Assembly: GCA_030704615.1 (NCBI GenBank)
Contig: CM060733.1
Coordinates: 34,844,001-34,908,000, forward strand
Reading direction: 5' to 3'
Length of the DNA: 64,000 nucleotides
Source of the DNA: Takakia lepidozioides
Taxonomy: Eukaryota; Plantae; Bryophyta
Positions 61,391 to 64,000 of the stretch are shown piece by piece. Under the pieces are notes generated by a model. The model did not search any database, was not told the DNA's origin, and saw nothing but the letters and a program-made list of their open reading frames with translations. The translations under genes and the position numbers were made by a program. The number at the start of each line of letters is the position of its first letter. The first letter of the stretch is position 1.

Positions 61391-64000
61391 CCACATGTCC
61401 TCCTTCCAACTAAGTTCAGCAGATGTTCAACAATCCTTTCACCATCTCTTCACACAAGACATCCCCTACTTTAATGATTGTACCGCTGGCATGAGCAACA
61501 TCTAAAGGCAGTACACCAGCAACACTTCACCAGCAGAGACACCCATTCCATAGCACTCAAGCACTTTCATGACCTCCTACTGTAATTCAGAGTGTTGTTC
61601 TTTCTCCCATGAGTATCAAACCCCGTGATTCGCGATTGTCCCACCATCGTGCATGCCTTCATGCCCCGATTCTAGGGCTTGAGTCCCTTTCTGCCCCTTA
61701 TCCCACCAGATCCGCTCGTCATCGTACATTGAGAAAAGCCACACCTTGCGATCGCGGTTGTCCCATCATCGTGCACGCCTTCATGCCCTGATTCTAGGTC
61801 TTGAGTCCCTGTCTGCCCCCTATCCCACGAGCTTTGCTCGTCATTGTACATTGAGAAAAAGCCACACCTTGCGATCGCGGTTGTCCCACCATCGTGCACA
61901 CCTTCATGCCCCGATCTCGACACAAAGAAAACAAACAGATGCCACAATGGCAGGGAAGACAAAAAAAACGCAAAGTCCCCTCACTCATGACTGGATGGAT
62001 GAATGTAGCGATAGATGGATGGATTTTGGGTTTTCCATCAACACACAAACCACTAAAGTTTTTCACCACAGAAGTAATACCAATCACTGGTGTGTATGTA
62101 ATCACTAATGCGTAACCACTGGCCGAGTGGTTCCAACCACTAGCCGAGTGGTTCCAGTTACTAAATGGTCTGTAACCACTCACTCTACACCACTCTCAAA
62201 GTGGTACCAATCAATGGGGGTCTTTAACCACTCCAGATCTACGTATACTGTCCCCGTCCACGTGGAATAATATAGTTCATAATTAAATATATTTTGAAAT
62301 GATAAATCTTAAATAAAAATTGAATTATTACACGTGGAGTAGCAAGTGGTTTCAATCACCTCCCATCACTAAGGTGTCTTCAACCACTCACAACCCACCC
62401 CAGAAGTAGTACCAATCACTCACGTGTATGTAACCACTCACAAGTGCCCACTTGAAGAGTGGTTCCAGTTACAAAAGGGTCTTAACCACTCACATTCCAC
62501 CACTGTGCAAGTGGTACCAATCACTGGGGGGTCTTTAACCACTCCAGATCTACGTATATTATCCTCGTCCACGTGGAATAACATATTTTGAAATGATAAA
62601 AATCTTAAAAAACAATTTATTACACGTGGAGTAGAAAGTGGTTTCAACCACTTCCCATCACTGAGGTGTCTTTAACCACTCATAATTTATCACTGTACCC
62701 GTCCATGTCGGATATTATCATTATTAATATAAATATTTGACCAAATGTCGAATAATAAATATAAAATTAAATATTACACGTGGATTACTCAATGGTTGAA
62801 CCACTTCCAACCACTCCATATGATGCCACCGTGGCATTTCATAGGAATTAACCACTGACCAGTGGTTACCATTACTTGGGAGTGATTTATAGAGTGATAA
62901 AAGACAAAAGTGGTTAAGGGGGCCAGTGGTTATTCCGCGTTTTTCTTCTAGTGTGGGTGATCACCTCACCCCCCAGCAGATTCATCACCTGCACCTATTT
63001 CTCCGTGACAATCTCGACATCCTTAGTAAAGGGCCCCATGACTTAGGCCGCACCACCGTTCTTGGTCATGACATATTCATCACAGATGGTAAGCCTATCA
63101 ACCAACATGCTTATAGGGAGAGTGTTCGTGAGCAAAAAGTCATTCATGAAGAGATTACCAAGATGCTTGTTGCTGATGTGATCACCCCCTCCATATCCCC
63201 TTGGGCCAGTCCCATTGTCTTGTGGGTAAGAAGGATGGCTCAACCCGTTTTTGTGTAGACTTTCGGCGTTTAAATGCCATCCAAGCCACGCATTAACGAA
63301 ACGCTAGACCAACTTAATGGTGCCACTATCTTCTCTTCATTGGATTTAGCCTCTGGCTTTTGGCAAGTACCTTCAACTACTGCTGCTAAGGAGAGAATTG
63401 CCTTCACCTGCAAGATGGGCCTCTTCCAATTTGAAACAATGCCTTTTGGCCTTTGCAACGCCACTGCTACATTTTAGCGCCTTATGGACATTGTTTTAGG
63501 AAACCTTCGTTGGGAGTGTGCTTTAATTTACATTGATGACATCAACATTTATCCTACAACGCTTGATGCTCATCTATTGGATTTACAGCGGGTTGTATGC
63601 AGGCTTCGTGCAGCCGGGCTTAAAGTTAAAGCTAAGAAGTGTGATAACAGCTCCATTTCCTGGGCCATCTGCTTTCTGCTGTTGGCATGAGTCCTAACCC
63701 AAATAAGATCCAGGCTGTGTGGAACTATCCAACCCCTTGAGATAAAACACGTGTTAAGGCCTTCTTGGGCTTGGATTCTTACTATCGTCGCTTCATTTTT
63801 CAATTTGCCAAACTTGCTGCTCCACTCACTCGCTTGTTATCCAAGGATGCTCGTTTTGTGTAGGGTATTGCAGAAACATCTGCCTTTGAGAAGGGGGGAT
63901 GCTTCCGCGTGAGCGCAGCCAGGCTCACGCCACGTCAGCAGTTATTGCCACGTGGGCTCACGGGTCTGACGCCACATCAGCAGACCTCGCCAGCGTGGTT

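Larger units (their letters stand above)
54520..62953. mobile_element. CACTA-derived element, same family as 1304-20940; right terminus at 62953
   Basis: Ends CGCGTTTTTCTTCTAGTG. Has AACCACT repeats and a TnpA fragment. Left terminus not found. Confidence 0.75.
51183..63888 (+). mobile_element. Degenerate Ty3/gypsy element split by CACTA insertions: putative LTR ~51183-52690, gag 52725-53929, protease ~53925-54330, RT 62954-63888
   Basis: IDTGCTMSAI, ILLGLDWM, SPWASPIVL, LDLASGFWQV, MPFGLCNA, YIDDI. LTR limits are uncertain, and joining the two halves into one element is inferred. Confidence 0.7.

Overview
This is repeat-rich eukaryotic DNA from a land plant, probably a non-seed plant (inferred from spliceosomal introns, PLS-type PPR fragments, Exo70G and PPO). 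Host genes are an intact 5-exon EXO70G-like gene (38831-42881, +) and a disrupted polyphenol oxidase (47086 to ~44145, -). Most of the rest is nested transposons: L1 and other LINE fragments, two Ty3/gypsy elements, CACTA derivatives carrying PPR fragments, and SINEs. The standout is a ~15 kb Mutator-superfamily DNA transposon (~1369-16435) with both termini and a target duplication. It carries four things. (i) A GCM/WRKY-like zinc finger + MULE DDE + SWIM transposase. (ii) A divergent, multi-intron gene fusing a ParB/Srx-like domain (DGNHR) to a beta-class N6-adenine/N4-cytosine DNA methyltransferase-like domain. (iii) A head-to-head pair of paralogous ORFs of unknown function. (iv) Roughly 45 copies of a 22-bp palindrome GGAAATGCGGYRCCGCATTTCC, about 31 of them phased at ~53 bp, with single copies inside three introns. 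A second, diverged family member starts at ~28366, has its own motif variant, and runs into an assembly gap. All domain calls come from reading motifs by eye; no searches were run.
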